This document shows, one piece after another, positions 1-14,079 of a stretch of 64,000 bases of DNA. The stretch is from NCBI GenBank assembly GCA_053919585.1, contig CM132784.1. The stretch is one strand, 5' to 3'. The stretch is from Euprymna scolopes. Taxonomy: Eukaryota. A model generated the notes under the pieces. That model was not told where the DNA came from. It was given only the letters and a program-made list of their open reading frames with translations, and made no database searches. Position numbers and translations under genes: made by a program. Each line of letters opens with the position of its first letter. The first letter of the stretch is position 1.

Positions 1-2045
1 TTCAAAACCTTCAGTTTCACCCGACCGTATAAGAAGGCAAAGCAGGCAATAGTAAAAATGTTTTGTTTTGTTTTTGTTTTTTTAACATAGTGAAAAAAAA
101 ATATGTTTAAATCCCCAGTAATATCGGATCTTCCTGCCAATAACTAAAAAAGAAATCTTGTGTTCCTGAACATTTCTCTCACCAAATAAAAATATAAGCT
201 TATGTCTGCCAGCTAGAAATAGCCATTAGATTATAATCGATCCTTTTGGTCACTCCCAGTTCTTCATTCTCCGTTACCATGGATACAGGCGGATGCGATG
301 ACGTCATCAAAATAAATTCTAGGAATTACATGGCAGCCGATCGATGAAGACGATAAGGTTGACTGAAGTAAACGATTTAGCTTTGAGCGGTTTGAACAGT
401 TATCGTTCATTTTCCACGAATAAATATAGTCATTCAGCACGTAGAAAATGATCGCGTGACTTTGAACTGATCAAATCATCGGAAGAGAAAGTTCGATCTG
501 TCGCAGGATATTTGTTTGGTTAACTTAGATTCATCGAGAGGGGGGGGAAGCTACATTTATCAGCGTATTCAGTACTGCAGCAAATGAACGTATGAGCATC
601 ATTTCTGATACGGCTTTCGTACTAAAATAAAATAAAAACTCTAATGTTAGAATTTGATAAAATAGTGACGAAAAGAAACGCATTACTGCAGGACTGGTTC
701 CCTAAAGATTACAACTTTATTGTTATAAAATTTCAATGTCAACAACAACCAGGATGAGATCAATAGTCTTAACAATCAAAATAATAGAAAATAAATATAA
801 ACAACTCCATCAATAAAAAATAAACTTTCCAAGATCATCGTCTTCGTAGTCGAGCTTTTTTGTGCGCAAATCCAAACGTAACTTGCTAATCAGTTGCACT
901 TGTCTCCGGAATTGTATTTGGAATTTCTAAACAGGACAAAGACTCTGGAATTCCTACAGAGAGAATTCAGAAATTCAGACTATTATAATAAATGTCTCTT
1001 CAAATTTTATTTTTTTGGGGGGGATACATTTAAGTATTATTGTTATATTATAAACCCTTTTTAAGAATCCAAAACACAACAACCATTGGTGTAAGCAACA
1101 GTCCGTTTTTTTTTTAATTTCTCCTGTTGTTCTTGCTTATGGTAGATAGAGAGAGAGAGAGTGGGAGAGCGACAGAGAGAATTATCGTGGCGTCCACTCG
1201 GTTGACAATCAAATCTCCAACTACAATCTTTTTCCTTCTGTCAATTTTTTCCTATCAATCTTTTCAAAACATCCACGTAACCAGATTCCTTTCTGTTACA
1301 TTTTTCATAACAATAACAAGGTTTGTTTATATTTGTGAGAAATATTGAAACAATTCCCGTTTAGCTTGTCAATTTCTGACATTTCATCCGCAGACGCGTG
1401 CCACATTTTAATTCATGAACATACATATATGTATATACACCTATACACATATATATACTAGCATGTCAACCCGGCTTCGACCGGGTCATTCGTGTAACAT
1501 TATTATCCATCATTATCAAAATCCATAACATCAAAAGCCAGAAGGTGTATACCATTGATCAATATTAGAACACCTATAGTTGCATATAAGATTTAAAAAA
1601 ATAATGGGGAAATGGATGCTAATTTATATATATATATATATATATATATTGATATATATTACTGTGGAGAAAATGAGATGAATTATGACTAACATGCTCA
1701 TCCGTTGGTTATTAAATAGTTAGAAGCGCTAAAAATCGCTACTAAAAATATAAAGATGGGTTAGAATATGTAATCGGTGAATTCGATTGGAAATTATTGT
1801 GTGTTATGTAAAGAGCACACATTGAAATGTTACGTCAGAATGAAACCAGATTTGTAATCTTAAATTTTATTGATCATTCCGTTTTATTAACTCTTATCCT
1901 TGAGTTGCTTTGGCCTTGATAAGTCGTGACCCAGCTGTAATAAAAGGTAACCAGAGAGATTGATAGATGGCAGATGGACGAAAAGGTCGACAGATGCAGG
2001 TTTGTTTTCCTTTAGTGATGGAGGTAAATTTCTAAATAAAAATCA

Positions 2046-2482
2046 TCTATATATTAATAGGATAACGTGTGTGTTATTTATTGTGTGTGTCACGCTTACA
2101 TTCGAGTGACTGTCGTTTAATTGTTATGGACTTCCATTTCTTGTAATAAATAATTTTACCAAGAATTCTTCATAGGTTTTGGTGTCGGTTCCAATTATAG
2201 CTAATCGCACTGAAATCATTTACTTTTTTAAAAATAATTTTACCAAGAATTCTTCATAAGGTTTTATTTCAGTTTCGATTATAGCTGAAGGAACTCTAGT
2301 TTAATATACAGGGCGTCACGAACTTTGACAGAGTTTTCATCCTTCCAATAGCATTTTAGGAGTTTTTTCTTTAAAGGTTAGCCTGGCTGTCGTCATTGAG
2401 ATCGATGAGTTTAATCTGCACAGAAAAAACAAACAACTCGTTGAAAATTATTTAAAATGTGTATATATCTGTTGGGGACACC

Positions 2483-2532
<50 letters not shown>

Positions 2533-2728
2533 TTCGTTTCTGTTTCGATTCAAGCTGATACACCCAAGTCATATGGATATATTTATTTTATTTTTGAAAT
2601 CGCAACTTTATAATATGTAACAATCGATAGAACGTTAAATCTATAACAATATATCCGAAATCTACATAAATTCAAATATCATAATTAAGCGTGCTTTAAG
2701 CCCTGGCTACGCCAGGCGTCTTGGCTAG
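2046..2728 (+). mobile_element. Non-autonomous Helitron-like element containing a nested MITE
   Basis: A|TCtatatatt start and cctggc-tac-gccagg hairpin followed by CTAG. Confidence 0.55.
2309..2485. mobile_element. Tc1-type MITE
   Basis: TA|CAGGGcGTC...GACaCCCTG|TA termini. Confidence 0.7.
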
Positions 2729-2833
2729 CTTATATAAATAATGTTGCAGTTTTAACAAAAGAGCTACAATAATATCAAAGCGTCCCCAATTACACTGAAC
2801 ATCTACGGAACGCCAACATCAATAAATTACATA

Positions 2834-4276
2834 TACTGTGTCAATCGCTTCATTGCAGATTAGTAAAATATCAATATTTTACTAAATATACGTCACAACA
2901 AAACGAAAATTATATCACAAGACGACTGCTTTAAGGTTATTTATTTCCAAATTTGTTATAAAAATGCATGCGATATTCACAAAGTTATGATATTTTATTT
3001 TTCGTTGAGGAATTTTCACTGTCCATCGCTTTGTTGCAGGTCTCTTAAAATGTTGTTTTAGGGCAAAAATACAATGTCTTATCGAACTTTACTTTTTTAT
3101 ATTTTTCTGTCAAAGAATAATAGACAAAAGCATATCCTAGGTATAAGTCTCATATAAATTAATAATGCACACTTTTTAAATAACTTAAAACAGCCTTTTA
3201 TCCCCTGAGGAATTCAATTGTTTCATCTTAAAAAGAGTTATGGCTCTAGCAACATCAACTATGTTCCTCGACAAGGTATCCTTTGAAGTAAATTGCTCTC
3301 CTCCCTCATAAACACCTCTTTTTAATATTGAACAGAGATATTCAATAGGGTTATGGTTTGGAGAATAGTGGTCAGGTCATGTGAGTTTCCCCAACGAATC
3401 CCATAGATTCAAGGAAGGCTGCAGTCGCCCCAAGCAGAATGGGATGGTACATTGTCATGTATAAAAATCATCTGAAAGCGACGTAACAATGGTAGGTCAT
3501 CTAGTCATCAACTTATCTCCAATTATTCCCGCCCAAAACATCATTCCTCCACCTCCTTGTTGGCGATGAACTATGTAAGGGGTTGGAGTTCCGTTCGGGT
3601 TTCAAACTTTGGTCCATCTATCTGGACCGTCAAAAGTAGCATGGGCCTCATCCCTAAATAGGACCTGTTGGAAATCCATTTTCATGTAATTCTGTGTTCA
3701 AGCCATTCATTTTTCCCTATTTTGTTTGCTCAATAAAGGCATTGGAAGAGGTTTGATGTTCCTTTCAGTCTCATTCAACACATTGTATCCGGCCTGCCTA
3801 GATCTTGGAGCGATTCCAGCTTTTTAAAAGACGGAATCACTGGTGATGTGTGTGTTTCGGTTGACTTCCCTACGAATTTTCCGAATATCACGATCTGAAA
3901 GCTTTCTCCTGGTACCCTTATTTTTCTGGGTTTGGTGTTCGGCTGTTCAGGAATGAGGCCAAGGTTCTTGAATCCCTTTCCAACTCCGTGGCTAAATCTT
4001 TGATGGACAGCAACTATCCTTTACTTTTCGATAACCCTTAATCGCATAATTTCGGGACACTTTAAGAGATCTGCAATAAAATGATTGGCAGTACAATTTC
4101 CTTGATAATAAATAAAATGTCATAACTTCGTGAATATAGCATGAATTTGAATAAAATTTGGGGAAATAACTAACCTTAAAGCAGCCCTTTTGTGGTACAA
4201 TTTTCATTTTATTGTGACGTATATTTAGTGAAATATTGATATTTTACTAATCTGCAATAAAGCAATTGACACAGTT
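2834..4276 (-). mobile_element. Tc1-family DNA transposon fossil with both ~165-bp TIRs (TRT/DD37E-like)
   Basis: Inverted repeats 2834-3001 and 4110-4276 flanked by TA. Reverse strand reads YMKMDFQQVLFRDEAHATFDGPDRW, HRQQGGGGMMFWAGIIG, IHDNVPSHSA and SPNHNPIEYLCSILKR with stops and frameshifts. Confidence 0.88.
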
Positions 4277-4446
4277 TACGAATAAGTCCTCTGAGGAATT
4301 TTCACAGGCCCCACTAGTGAAAATTAAATTCATTGTAGTCATAATAAGTTACAACTTTTTAACAAGGTGCATATAACTCGTTGAATCTAGTACTTGTATA
4401 AAATAAAAGCACTTATAACTGTAAATCTTATCCTAACATAACTAAT

Positions 4447-4737
4447 ATATACGGCGTAATCACGTTGAAACGCCGGTTCCCGTTAGATCACCGAAGTTAA
4501 GCAACGTTGAGCCTGCTCGGTATTAAAATGGGTGACCATTTGGGTATTCCAGTGCTGTATGTACTCCCCGCTTATCTCGTCATTGTTTCCAGTCCTCTCG
4601 GACCTCTCCTTGCAACTGACCTTAAGCATTGCTGATTCAGGAGAAATGTGATCGGGATTGCGCAACACTCGCTTCACAATTACACGCGCAGTATGTGGTA
4701 TTTATTGTCTTTCGTGACTGAACGGTGACATCGAATA
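4447..4737 (+). mobile_element. 5S rRNA-derived SINE (SINE3-like), body type I
   Basis: 4447-4563 is a diverged full-length 5S sequence (ccggttcccgttagatcaccgaagttaagcaacgttgagcc...atgggtgacc...gtgctgta). It is followed by a ~175-nt body shared with 42295 and 53505. Confidence 0.85.
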
Positions 4738-5827
4738 TAACTAACATATCCGCCAAAACTACATGCAAATATCTAAATACCATTTGTTTCATTTGATAGC
4801 AACCACTGAAGATGGATCAGAAATTACTAGCAATATAAGCGGATTCAAAAGGTACATCGTCGCTCGAAACAAAAAAAAAACATCAGAAAATTTCTTAAAA
4901 GATCAAAACAAAAATGTATACAGACATAACTTGTTCGTAATATCTAATTATAAATTTTCCTACTGTCTGTGTGTGTGTGACACGGTTTATCTCAGCCTAC
5001 AGGCATCCCACCCAGGCAAGTAAGGTACCGAAATGAAGCTTATGAGCCAGCGGATGTTTTAGTGATATTTATATTCATGTTTCGTGTATGGAAACGCAAA
5101 CAAAAATGCAAAAAATAACGATTTACTAAAGAACGTTTTATTTACTGGATATTTTTCCTGTACAAGGACTCAAGTTTGCCCAGCTGGACAAACTTTGGTT
5201 CTCGTTCCACGAAATGTGCAGGTTTCTGCTTTTGGATAAATCATTATAATATTTAACCATGCCTTGCTATCGGCATTTTTTTTTAAATATGTTGGATAAT
5301 GTAAGCGATTTTTTTTTTAATTACTGAAAGTAAAGAAACCGGCAAAAGTTTCGGAAAATACTTATTACCACTACTTTCTTCTACTACAAATATCTTCCAA
5401 TGATATTCCTTTACTTTTTCCTCTATTTTCAATGGTGCTTTTCCAGTTAAAACATGCGGCGCTATTATAGGTCTTTCAGTAGATCAGTTTGTCACATCAT
5501 TATTAGAATAGAATTCTCAGCATTCAACGCGCAAATTTGATGCTCTGTCTCTTTCGGTTAATTTCTAGTGATTCAGTTTAAATTTATGGTTTTTGTCGCT
5601 CTGCCACATTTAAGTTTTCTCGACTACTTTGCCCGCTAAACGTACACATTGAATGGACGTTTCTAATTTTAGACGCGCCAATGCATCGCTATCAAAGGCT
5701 GTGTCCGTCGGTCGGGTTTAAGCTTTATTAAAATAGCATATTCGTCGGTCTGTCACACTTTACTAAGTTCACAAATCTCTGTAAGAGTCTCTTTCTCTTT
5801 CTCTCTCACCATATCTCTCTATCTCTC

Positions 5828-5880
<53 letters not shown>

Positions 5881-6156
5881 TAGTTTCACGATTTGTATAT
5901 GATGTTTTTATTTTCTTGGTGGAAAAATTTGACACAATGTCGATAAAATGGGATTTGTAAAAGACAACGCCCTAGAGAAATAGCACTTTAACCTGCGAAA
6001 AATGCCTAGGTAGACATATCAGCATTCCTTGATAGAGGCGCTTTAGACTATAGCAAAAAGAATAACCTCATCTCGAAAGGTGATAATGTAAAGACTGTTA
6101 GGGTGGACCTCCTAGAATAGTACAGAACCATACGAATCATACCTCAACCAACAGAG

Positions 6157-6490
6157 AAAAACACTCGGCTACCCAAAACTACTATCAATAATTTCCCACA
6201 CTCTTTGTCTGTGCCTAAACCTTAACATAGATTCCATGAACAAAGCTTCTTTCTTAGAACTACACGCCTGTGGAACGGTCTTTCGTTTTCCTGCTTTCCA
6301 GCTGACTACAATATGATTGTCTTCAAGTCCAACGTAAACAAGTTCTTGATGAACCGTCCCCCTAAGTAATTCAATTTACAAAATTCCCACTACTTATGCT
6401 TACTACACTATAATCACATTGACTAATGAATACCCATTAACCTAAAGTGGCCTGCGAGCCTTGATAAGTGGTGATCTATGTGTAGAAAAA
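6157..6490 (+). mobile_element. CR1-group LINE family A, 3' fragment
   Basis: Homologous to the end of ORF2 (FHEQSFFLRT.RLWN...FKSNVNKFLMNRPP) and to the 3' motif gccttgataagtggtga followed by an A tail. Confidence 0.85.
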
Positions 6491-7014
6491 GTGTTATCTC
6501 AACGATGTTCTAGGCTTTGATTGCTTTGAAATAACATTATGAATCCCTAAGCGTGCAGATTGAAGGGATACTTATGTATGCGTTTTTGTTTATATTTGTG
6601 ATAATACGTTGTGCTGTGTAAAAAAAAAAAATGGGTGAATCTGCCGTGCTCGAAGTAACTTTTTACAGGTGGAGAATGCCACTAACTGAAACAGCCCAAG
6701 GGTTGCCATTTTCTTTACGTCATCAATCCATTCTGTGTTTACTGCAAAAATAAACCAAAAATAGTTATGTAAATATTATGATATCGACGCATTATGTTAA
6801 ATTTTACAAAACAGTGTCTTTTTTTTAAATAGAACATTTTTAGAATACATATTTTCACCAAACTTTTAAGTAAAAGTAAAGGATTCTCTAATAGTTTTAT
6901 CGTGTTATAATGCAGACTATGTGTCTGTTTTTAGCCAATCTTAATCACTATTCTAAGCTCGTTACTATACGTAGGGAGATGATGCTAGAGACGATTATGA
7001 TGCTTCAGTGCATC

Positions 7015-8050
7015 TTTTTTTCTTTTTGTACATGGTAGTTATCACTTATCAAGGCTCGGAAGCCACTCGGGGATAAGAGTTATTGCGTGTACAGTAATCA
7101 ATGGGATAATAACGTAGTAACCGTTAGTAGTGAAGATTTGATAAAATGTCTGACTTAAGGGGGTGGTTTATCAGAAATTTGTTTGTGTTGGACTTGAAGA
7201 CATCCAGGTTGTAGTCAGGTGGGAAACAGGTAAACGGAAGAGAGTTCCACTGGCGTGCAGTTCTAAGAAAGAATCTGGAATCTACGTTTTGATTTAGGCA
7301 CAAATAAAGAATGGGGTAAATTATTGACAGTGGTTTCAGCTAGACGGGTGTTTATCGTGAAAGATTGGCGAGGGGGACCAGAGATTGGAGCTCAGACGAG
7401 CGCTTGCTATGGAAATAACGATAAAACAAAGACAGGCTCGCAACGTCTCTTCTGTGGGAGAGAGGTTTCAGGGAAGAGAAAAGGGCATCCCCCACTAAAC
7501 CACGAAGTCTATTTTGTACTCTGTAGAGAACTGCATCAGCAGTGAGATATTTTCTGGAGCGGTAGAAAGATCCTACCATTTTCCAGCGACCTTGGCAACA
7601 GACTTGGTGTACGTGTTTCATTTCAGATCAGGAGTAAAGGTCAATTCCAGAATCTTGTTAAAACATGAAGAAGATGAGAGCCATCCATTTCAATTGATGC
7701 CAGATGGGGATCAGAGCGTTGATAATGTAAAGATAGGAGCTTGGTTTTAGATGCATTAAAAGTGACCAGCCACCTCTTCTCCCACTGTACCACGCGCTCA
7801 AGATCAGAGGACAGAGAATCAGAGAGAACTTTATCAGTTACGACCTTAGATGTATTGCCATAGATAGTCGTGTCATCAGCATAGATGTCAACGAATGATT
7901 TTAGTATGTCTTTTGGGAGATCATTGATGTAGACCAGGAAGAGAGTTGGGCCCAGGATGGGCCCCTGAGGGGCTCCAGCATTAATACTGTAGGCCTCTGA
8001 TTTCTGCTCATCAACCACTACTCTTATGAGTCTATCAGAGAGAAATGATA
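7015..8050 (-). mobile_element. CR1-group LINE family A, 5'-truncated copy
   Basis: ORF 7641-8087 contains PQGPILGP and YADD. 3'UTR and T-run at 7015-7028. Confidence 0.92.
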
Positions 8051-8209
8051 TCATCCGAGGCAACGCCATTATGATGTCATCCTGCAACCTTTTAGAATTT
8101 TATGTTTATTTCTCGTATCTACATAATTTGCTAATTATAATTTGTTGTTTCTTTTTTATTTTTACACTATTGGCTAATTATTTAATGAAATAAATATTTG
8201 TTAAAGTAT

Positions 8210-8261
<52 letters not shown>
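8210..8261. repeat. (AAT)n microsatellite
   Basis: Direct reading. Confidence 0.97.
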
Positions 8262-8265
<4 letters not shown>

Positions 8266-9099
8266 TATTAAATTTATCTCTAATGCTACATTTAAATTAT
8301 AGCTAAAACAGTTCCGACACAATTTTCTTTTTGCCTCTAACAGAATAACACCGCTACGGGTTGCATAATGTTTGATTTTTATTGTTTTTTTGTTGTTTTT
8401 TTTTATATTTTGCTCAACCAGAAGTTAAAGCAAGCTAAAGCGATCCCTTATAATTACGTATGGATCAGCGAAAGTTCTTGAAGAGATTAACTAAGACGTA
8501 AACTTTTGTTCATGCAAAATTTTATAAATTTTTTTTGGAAGGGCATATTTTCCAACATCCCTAAAAAATGAGTTCATGAAAACATACGAAGTACAATACT
8601 AAAGTTGTTTTATGTACTTCTTATTTGTGTCTGTTATGCCTTTTTGCGGAAGTGTGATAGCGTACCTTGCTGCTCATCTAGATGAAGGTTAAACACTATC
8701 CTTGTGACAGAACGATAGGTAAAAAAAAACACTGGGGCTCGGTGTTGCGACAAACATCACAATATAAACATGTCTCAAATAACCACTAATAATCACAACG
8801 TCATCAAAACAATGCTCTAGATTCTGATTGCTTTTGGATCGGAATAAATCCACCATAAGTTTGAAATAACATTATGAATCCCTAAGCGTGCAGATTGAAG
8901 GGATGCATAACCGACATGTGTTCCTTTGGCATAAAGGACCCGGTCCACATCTTGTGAATGTTGGTTTTTTCTAATTTCAGAAACGAGAATAATAAAAATA
9001 CCGAACTAGTAAGTATCTCCTCTGATTTTAGGTACTAAAATAATATAGATCAAATATACGGCAGCAAAATTGATCTGCATAAAACCTGAGAGAAGAAAT

Positions 9100-11300
9100 T
9101 GACAACAAAAGAGAACAGACAGAAAATGGAATGTTATGACAGAAGCCACCTCAAAACATGAGACGATCGAAAACGCGTGAAAGTGTTATGGGGCCTGTTT
9201 GTTGACTATCAAACAACAAGAAGCAAAATTTATTTTCCTGGAAGTTTGGCTTTCACATCTAGAACTAGTCGAGATACAACGGAAGAAAAATGACGGAACA
9301 GACCAAGAAACGCCTCGTAGTGGAACCCCAAACATAGAAACTCCACATGTAGAAGACATGCAAAATTACTCGCGGTGAACGTGAATGCCGAGATCTACGA
9401 AACAACATGACTAACTGAGAATGTAGCAGCTGAAGTATAAAATATAATACAAATTATGAATGAAAAAGAACTAAACTCAGACCCTTAAAAAATTAAGAGT
9501 GGAAAAAATTAAAGACTGAACAAGCTCTTCTCATGCATCCCAACATATTTTATTAAAGACTTGAATAATTTAATTTTTTCAGGTGCTAAGATATTAAATA
9601 TGACATTTTAAGTGAAGAAAAGAGCGGGGACAGAAAAGGGACAGACAAATCTTAGATGGGAATTCAGACTAGAAACTAGATGAACAAACTTACAAAAAGA
9701 AAACAAAGCGACAAATAGGATGAAAGCGAATAAAAAAGGGTGGAAAAGTGTAAATGTAATTTGCAGAGAGATGCTAAACAAGAAACATGGAGAACTAAAG
9801 CAAAAAAATAGCATCGAAGAAAGAAATGTAAAAACTATATGCACATAAAACCGAACAGTACAATCAAAACTGGACCTTCGAAACCAACGAAAACCAATTT
9901 TAATTAAAAAAAAAAAAATGTAAACGAAGAACACAAACAAAACAACCAGACTCGACAGAAACAAAACTCTACTGGAATAAGATATAGGAAGAGAGAAAAA
10001 CATCACGATATAAACGCTGAATGGCTGAATAATTTAAAAGAAAAGTGACAGCAAATCGAAAAAAAGCACATAGGTTTGTCTTGGGGGTTTCATTCTAAGC
10101 AAAACGGCAAACTGGAGAGCACTAGGTAGCAACGAAATGCATGCACACTGGACAAAAAATTACCAGAAACGAAACTTTAAAGCCTGAAAAGATGTATCCT
10201 GTAAGCAGATTACCAAAATGGGTGAGTAGAACCACAGTAACCCAATAAAGATACAGAAAAAGGGAACCGCCCCTAGCAACGACGAACCTATAACTTGTTC
10301 AAAATTCTGCAAGCACAACTGAGGGGGCACATTTACTACTCTTTTAATCCTGAGTAACAGAAAAGAATATAATAAATGAAAAACGGAACAAATGATCTAC
10401 TATGCATAGACCAAAAGATCCTGACGCAGGTAAAAAGCAGAATAAATTTAGCCATGGCATGGATCGACTACAAGATGCCGTGCGACAGGATCACTCTATC
10501 ACCATAGATAGCATAGTTTGAGAATGTACAAATATCAAACCAGATTATTAATCTCATTGAAAAAGCAATTAGAATATAAAGACTTGAACTGGCAGCTGAA
10601 TGGCAATACATAACTAAAATAAAAATGCAAGGAAATATCTTACAAGGAATTTTCCTATCACCACTACTGTTCATGATAGCCATGATGCCCTTAACAATAT
10701 ACTGAGGAAATTCCAAGCTGGATACAAATTTATTAATACAGATAAAAGAATGAACCCGCTAATGTATACGGACGACCTGAGACTTTTCACAAGAAACAAA
10801 AAGGAAAAAGGGACTCTAATAAACACAACCAGAATCTTCAGTAAGGATAGTAAAATGGAATTTGAAATGAAAAAGTTCGAACTACTCATTATAATAAGTG
10901 GGAAAACTGGATGCAACAGATGGTACGGAACTATCAAACCAAGAGGAAATGTGGATACTAGGCGAGCATGACAGCTGTTAATATTTGAAGGTTGTGAAGC
11001 ATACACCATAAAATTAAAAATAAAAAAGAGACAATCAGAAAAGAATACCTAAAAAAGAACAATAAAACTCTTAGAAACTAAACTATATAGTAGGAACCTA
11101 ATAAAATGTATAAACACATGGGCAGTCATATGGTCAATATCATTAATATCATACCCTGGGTCGTTTAAACGTTGGACCAAATAAAAACTAAGGCATTTAG
11201 ACCAAATAGCCATAAAAAAACAATGACCATGCAGAATGCACTACACCCAAAAAATGATGCTGGCCGACTTTACGTAAAAAAGAAAGATGGAGGAGAATGG
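9100..11300 (+). mobile_element. Decayed RLE-clade non-LTR retrotransposon, R4/Dong-like
   Basis: Frameshifted RT motifs in order: PITC (~10290), AMAWIDYK (10451), ILQG..LSPLLFMIAMMPLT (10637), LMYTDDLRLF (10759), LETKLYSRNLIKCINTWAV (11071), MQNALHPK..RLYVKRKDGG (11229). A-rich sense strand. 5' boundary uncertain. Confidence 0.8.
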
Positions 11301-12059
11301 TTAAAACAAAAACGCCAGTACTTTTAGCAATATTTCTAGATCTAAGCCATTACTATAATCTTTCATTCCCCATATCTGCAATGGAAGAACTTCTTTCCAG
11401 CCAATTTCTCAGCATTTCCAGTGTACAGACGCTTTACAAACTCAACCTTGGTTTCGTTCACTTTAACTTCACTGACCACAATATTGATCATCCACACCAA
11501 CTTTGAACCACATACGCCTCCAACGACGTCTCGTCAGCTCTCACACAATCAATCTCCGTCTTTTCTATTCTGATACAAGCTAGCTACGCTGCTTTTAATG
11601 TGGAACATACCAAACATATAATAATAATAAACGTCGTGGTTAAGAGAACAATTATTTAGCATTAAAAATCGTAATGCCTTTATTTTTAGTGAATAAAAAA
11701 AAGTGTTATAGAAAATGTTATTTGTTTTTGATTGCATAGAAACTGATATTACTGTATAGTTTTACTTTTGATCAAATACAAAATCAGTGATTCTAGAAAA
11801 ATGTGTCGTATTAAATTGTTCCGGTGACCATGCAGTGAAAACTGTTTTGATTTAATATACACATATAATCCATTAATCCATCCAGCGCGGCCATAGCTGC
11901 GATTGAACTCACTACACGAGTTTGTAGCGTAATTCAAATCTTGTCAGTGGCTGAATACTTGATGCTTCGTCAGGGCTATCAGGGGAATTTTTATCGTGAC
12001 GCCATCACTCGATGGGGTGCCTACTACAGCTTAAAAGAGTCCCATCTACCTTCAAGAGA

Positions 12060-12217
12060 AGGAATGACAGCGCCAGTTTCTCAACCTGGTATTTTACCTC
12101 GCGGTATATACAGCACCTTACTTTCCCAAATGGTCACCAATCTGGTACTGGCCAGGCGCAATGTTGCTTAACTTTTCTGGCGGGAACCGGTGTATCAACG
12201 CGATTGTGCTGGATATA
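12060..12217 (-). mobile_element. 5S-derived repeat, body type II
   Basis: 5S-like head 12105-12217. The downstream sequence differs from type I and weakly resembles 21890-21930. Confidence 0.75.
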
Positions 12218-13449
12218 AATATAATAGAAAACTATAATTTCTAATTAATACCTGTCGCAGTAACAAAACAAATGCATCCTGTTTGAAGAAAAGATATCTG
12301 GTCCGTAAAATTCAATAAATATAGTTGGATTAGAATTCTAACATATCCTCGAGATGTCTACTTGGGGGAGGGGAGTATTAAGGAAAAAAGCGAAGCTTTT
12401 ATTTACAATTTTATTTTGTGCACTTATATATATTGCAATGTTATTTTATTTTTAAAAAATAAATATTGCATCTTAATAAAATATATCTGGACAATTGGAT
12501 TACGAAGTTATAGCCGAGAGAAAAATGTGGTTGAAAGTTTCTCGTTGCAGTATGAGAAACATCCAATCGCAATGCGTCATTCACGTCGTTTCTAAACTAA
12601 GAATGTAAACCAAATCCAACACAGATCCTAAACATTCTTCCATCATAAATATAGCAAAAAGCACAGTTATACTTAACATACTTCAATAGTGCTCAATAGT
12701 GTGTTTCTTTCGGCAGCCAGAACAAAGATGCCTGCCGGAACAAACCCACGATGTTAAGTCTTCTATGAACTTTTGTCTTCTGGCAGCAATATATTGTCAC
12801 GCATTTTTTCAATATAAGCGAAGAATTTCTAATTTTTCTAAATAGTATATGTACGAAAAGAGATAGTATTGTCATAATAATAACTGTTTGTTTCTGCATA
12901 ACGAAACGGATCTATAAAAATGTACCGAAATTTTAACATGCTGTTTTGCATGAAAAATAAAGATTTGGATCTTAGATTTTATACATGCTTTGTTATATTT
13001 CACATAAACTGAGTTTCTAAACAAAAAAGAATGAAATATAATTGAAAAAACATATTTTTACCAAAACAACACACATTGTCGGAATTAGCATACCGACGAG
13101 TAGGGGGGGGAAGAAAAGACGGTTTAAATCTTGCAACGAAATGTCGACGTTGCTTACAAGCAGTCTTTCCTTGTAAAAGTAACAAATGAGTAACGATGGT
13201 CGAAGTGTAATTTGTCTAAAAGACAGCAACAACTACAACAGTAGAGCGGCCACCCCTTTTTATCTACTCCAACTCTCAGTCAACGAGATTCGCGCGTGAC
13301 TGAAATGTCTATTTAACTTGTAAGGAATAGGCACTCAGGTTCTTTGATTAACGGACCACCGCTCGTGTTGGTCACAGCTACCAGCACTCCTTTCTTCCCC
13401 ACCGACCTACCCTCGGCAAGTTAACCAATTCAAAATTCTCACAACATAT

Positions 13450-13792
13450 ATACAGGATTGTTCCAAAAGTAATGCCCGTTATTTTTTATTCTGTCCATAT
13501 GAGGGGGGTGGCTGCAAATTTCATTGTTATGATCATTGAACTTCTGCATTTATGATCTAAAAATTTCATCTTTCTGTTGCAGGTATTGATAGTGTAAGAC
13601 TTAGGAAACAGCCCCTGTCATTGATGTGCATCAGAAGCAGAGATGCGTCATTAAATTTCTGGCAAAAGTGACTTTGCAGAAAAATAAATTCTGAAGTACA
13701 AATGCTCGCTCGTTGTAATGGGACTACTTCCGTCTCGTAACTCTTCAACTAGTTAAAGAGAATAACAGGCTTATTTTTTAACGACCCTCGTA
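13450..13792. mobile_element. mariner-type non-autonomous fragments
   Basis: TIR-like ends tacaggattgttccaaaagtaatgcc, tatgagggg and gaccctcgta next to TA. Confidence 0.45.
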
Positions 13793-14079
13793 TATACATA
13801 TAAATATATATGAGAAAGAGAGATATATGCCAAATGAAGTCATGAGGAAAAGGTGGTAGCTTGACGAGGTCTGGCTATCAATAGCTCTCGCCGACATATG
13901 TCTGCAAATTTGTAGCCACGTAATGTTCGTATAAATAAATAAATGCGTAACATATGAGCATCCGAAGTTTAGCACCGTCTGTATACATATTTACTCTATT
14001 TGGAATGCCTGAATTTGTTACGCCAAAAGAACACAAGGGGAGAAATTGCTAGTAACTACTTACTGATTCACTGTCTACT

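Noticed and set aside
297-308. CRE palindrome GATGACGTCATC (TGACGTCA also at 51380 and 59413)
   Set aside because: Short motifs expected by chance in 64 kb, with no linked promoter evidence.
4447-4563. Functional 5S rRNA genes (this and the seven other heads)
   Set aside because: Copies are mutually diverged, dispersed, lack an oligo-T terminator and run into shared bodies, so they are better explained as SINEs or pseudogenes.
9608-10006. Hydrophobic 132-aa membrane-protein-like ORF
   Set aside because: Antisense of the A-rich R4/Dong-like strand; the F/L richness is compositional.
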